Part shown: positions 18,843 through 20,000 of the stretch, piece by piece
Position numbering within the stretch: the stretch's first letter is position 1
Layout of the letters: every line of letters starts with the position of its first letter
Origin: an uncultured virus (IMG/VR IMGVR_UViG_2718217767_000001)
Taxonomy: Duplodnaviria; Heunggongvirae; Uroviricota; Caudoviricetes
Strand: one strand, 5' to 3'
IMG/VR virus record: IMGVR_UViG_2718217767_000001
DNA: 20,000 nt
Program-made: the position numbers and the translations under genes
The notes under the pieces: model-generated
The model's database searches: none
Told to the model about the DNA's origin: nothing
What the model saw: the letters and a program-made list of their open reading frames with translations, nothing else

Positions 18843-18992
18843 ATGAGTGATTTTCACCACGGCACGCAGGTCATCCAATTTAATGGAGGTACGCGCGTCA
18901 CATCCACGATATCGATCGAAATCGTCAGTATGGTCTTTACGTTTAGCTTTGCCGAAACATTGCTCGCGTTTATATCATACGTTTGCAAATAA
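18843..18992 (+). pseudogene. Degenerate 5' remnant of a P2-like tail sheath gene (FI), 49 codons
   Basis: MSDFHHGTQVIQFNGGTRVTSTISIEIVSMVFT resembles the P2 FI N-terminus (recalled as [33 protein letters not shown]). Similarity then decays and the frame stops directly beside the sseK3 stop. Confidence 0.82.
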
Positions 18993-20000
18993 TTATCTCC
19001 AGGAGCTGATAGTCAAACTGCTGGTATCCATAAAAATATGTTCATGCTTAAATTCTATAAAATTACAAAACTCTTCATAATTGTGCCGTATAGAACAATT
19101 AAAATAATGCCTTAGCCCACCGCAGACACCATCAATGTATGGATCGCCATAAGGTTTACTGTGCATAATTTCAAGTCCTTTTTTCAATGCCGGATGCTCG
19201 CTGCGGTTAACGGCGATAATCCCATTTTCAAGACTCATGCTATTACCTTTACGACTTACATGAACAGCAATACCATCAGGTAAATACAAAGTGCCGAGTT
19301 TACCTGTAAGTAACATATCAGCATCAAGATATATGCAGCCACCTCCAGGTTGCAGGTGATGGCAGCCATGTTTGCCCGCCTCCAGAAAAGCATTACTTCC
19401 TTTTAATAAAAAAAGATTTCTGTAAAAATCAAACCGTACATGTCCCAAGCGTTTATCATGGGACGAAACAAGGGACTCCTCTGGATTGTTCTTTAAAACT
19501 TCATTTAAACTCTTTTTTATCTCACCAAGCAGATATTCATCTCTGACATTTGCTGGTTGAGCTTCAATTTTAGCGATGTTTTCTAAATAAATATCTGATA
19601 GTTTCTTGTCATACATGCTATAATCCAGGTCGGAATTATAGATAACCTTTATATTTTCATATTGTTTTTCCAGCTTTGCTAATGCTTTCTTTTGTCCAGC
19701 ACTAAAATTCCCATCAACTAAAACCCCGATAGTTCTCTCTTTTTCTATTATAGCGGCGTTGATAATATTATTGAGATAGGGGTTTTGTTGAGTATTAATA
19801 ATTGGGATCTGGTTTTCCCCAAACCTGCTTGGGTTTCGTTCAAACCATTGAAAAAGTAGGGGGGTGTGCTGATCTAATGGCAATAAAGGATATTCAACTC
19901 CGGCAAAGTTTGCACTACCTGATGAAGGCAGAGTAATAGCTGGAGTTGCAGTATGAGAATAGTTCTGGCATGAAAGAAAACCTCTGACTCGAGAAAACAT
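18993..20000 (-). CDS. sseK3: Type III secreted effector SseK3, arginine N-acetylglucosaminyltransferase (NleB/SseK family)
   Basis: 335 aa; N-terminus MFSRVRGFLSCQNYSH, 'LLFQWFE', DxD motif (YLDADM), H/E/N catalytic residues (AVHV...LENG), C-terminal SSWR. AT-rich and antisense to the phage genes, at the known ST64B position after the fibre genes. Confidence 0.95.
   Translation of the reverse strand: MFSRVRGFLSCQNYSHTATPAITLPSSGSANFAGVEYPLLPLDQHTPLLFQWFERNPSRFGENQIPIINTQQNPYLNNIINAAIIEKERTIGVLVDGNFSAGQKKALAKLEKQYENIKVIYNSDLDYSMYDKKLSDIYLENIAKIEAQPANVRDEYLLGEIKKSLNEVLKNNPEESLVSSHDKRLGHVRFDFYRNLFLLKGSNAFLEAGKHGCHHLQPGGGCIYLDADMLLTGKLGTLYLPDGIAVHVSRKGNSMSLENGIIAVNRSEHPALKKGLEIMHSKPYGDPYIDGVCGGLRHYFNCSIRHNYEEFCNFIEFKHEHIFMDTSSLTISSWR

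Larger units (their letters stand above)
1..20000. mobile_element. ST64B/SfV-like prophage, late (head-tail) region with sseK3 moron; extends beyond both window edges
   Basis: Continuous terminase-portal-protease-capsid-tail-baseplate-fibre gene order with overlapping stop/start codons. An HK97-like head joined to a Mu-like tail and followed by sseK3 is the known ST64B arrangement. Confidence 0.93.

Noticed and set aside
17400..18992. Diversity-generating retroelement or shufflon acting on the tail fibre
   Set aside because: I found no template/variable repeat pair, reverse transcriptase, recombinase or alternative fibre C-termini in the window.
18847..19080. 77-aa + strand ORF overlapping the sseK3 3' end, and the upstream extension of the 18792 ORF
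   Set aside because: No RBS or recognisable similarity; only the frame starting at ATG 18843 has an RBS and FI-like sequence.
19814..19836. Possible partner invertase site inside sseK3 (TTTCCCCAAACC...GGTTT)
   Set aside because: Only one half-site fits. AAACC and GGTTT are 6 nt apart rather than 2, and the sequence is explained by coding.
1..20000. CRISPR arrays, tRNA/rRNA genes, IS elements, introns or inteins, att or cos sites
   Set aside because: No periodic repeats, RNA-gene signatures, transposase ORFs or unexplained insertions. Genes are of normal length and intergenic gaps are tiny; cos and att would lie outside the window.

Overview
The window is the morphogenesis (late) arm of a Salmonella ST64B/SfV-like prophage. 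On the + strand, a tightly coupled operon runs from HK97-type packaging and head genes (terS partial, terL, small membrane protein, portal, prohead protease, capsid, head-tail joining) into a Mu-like contractile tail module (sheath, tube, chaperone with a probable -1 frameshift, tape measure, DNA circularization protein, baseplate, tail fibre, fibre chaperone). A convergent, AT-rich moron on the - strand encodes the type III effector SseK3. All structural genes look intact. Notable fine structure: (i) a G7 run in the baseplate-J gene where one extra G gives an immediate stop, a candidate for the reversible frameshift reported to silence ST64B; (ii) an unpaired hix/gix-like invertase site inside the tail-fibre gene; (iii) a relic of a P2-type late promoter (Ogr box TGT-N12-ACA) and the start of a P2 FI-like sheath gene, pointing antisense into sseK3. 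Family assignments come from recalled motifs and gene order, not from database searches. I see no wholly new system here; the relic promoter and the invertase site are the best leads.
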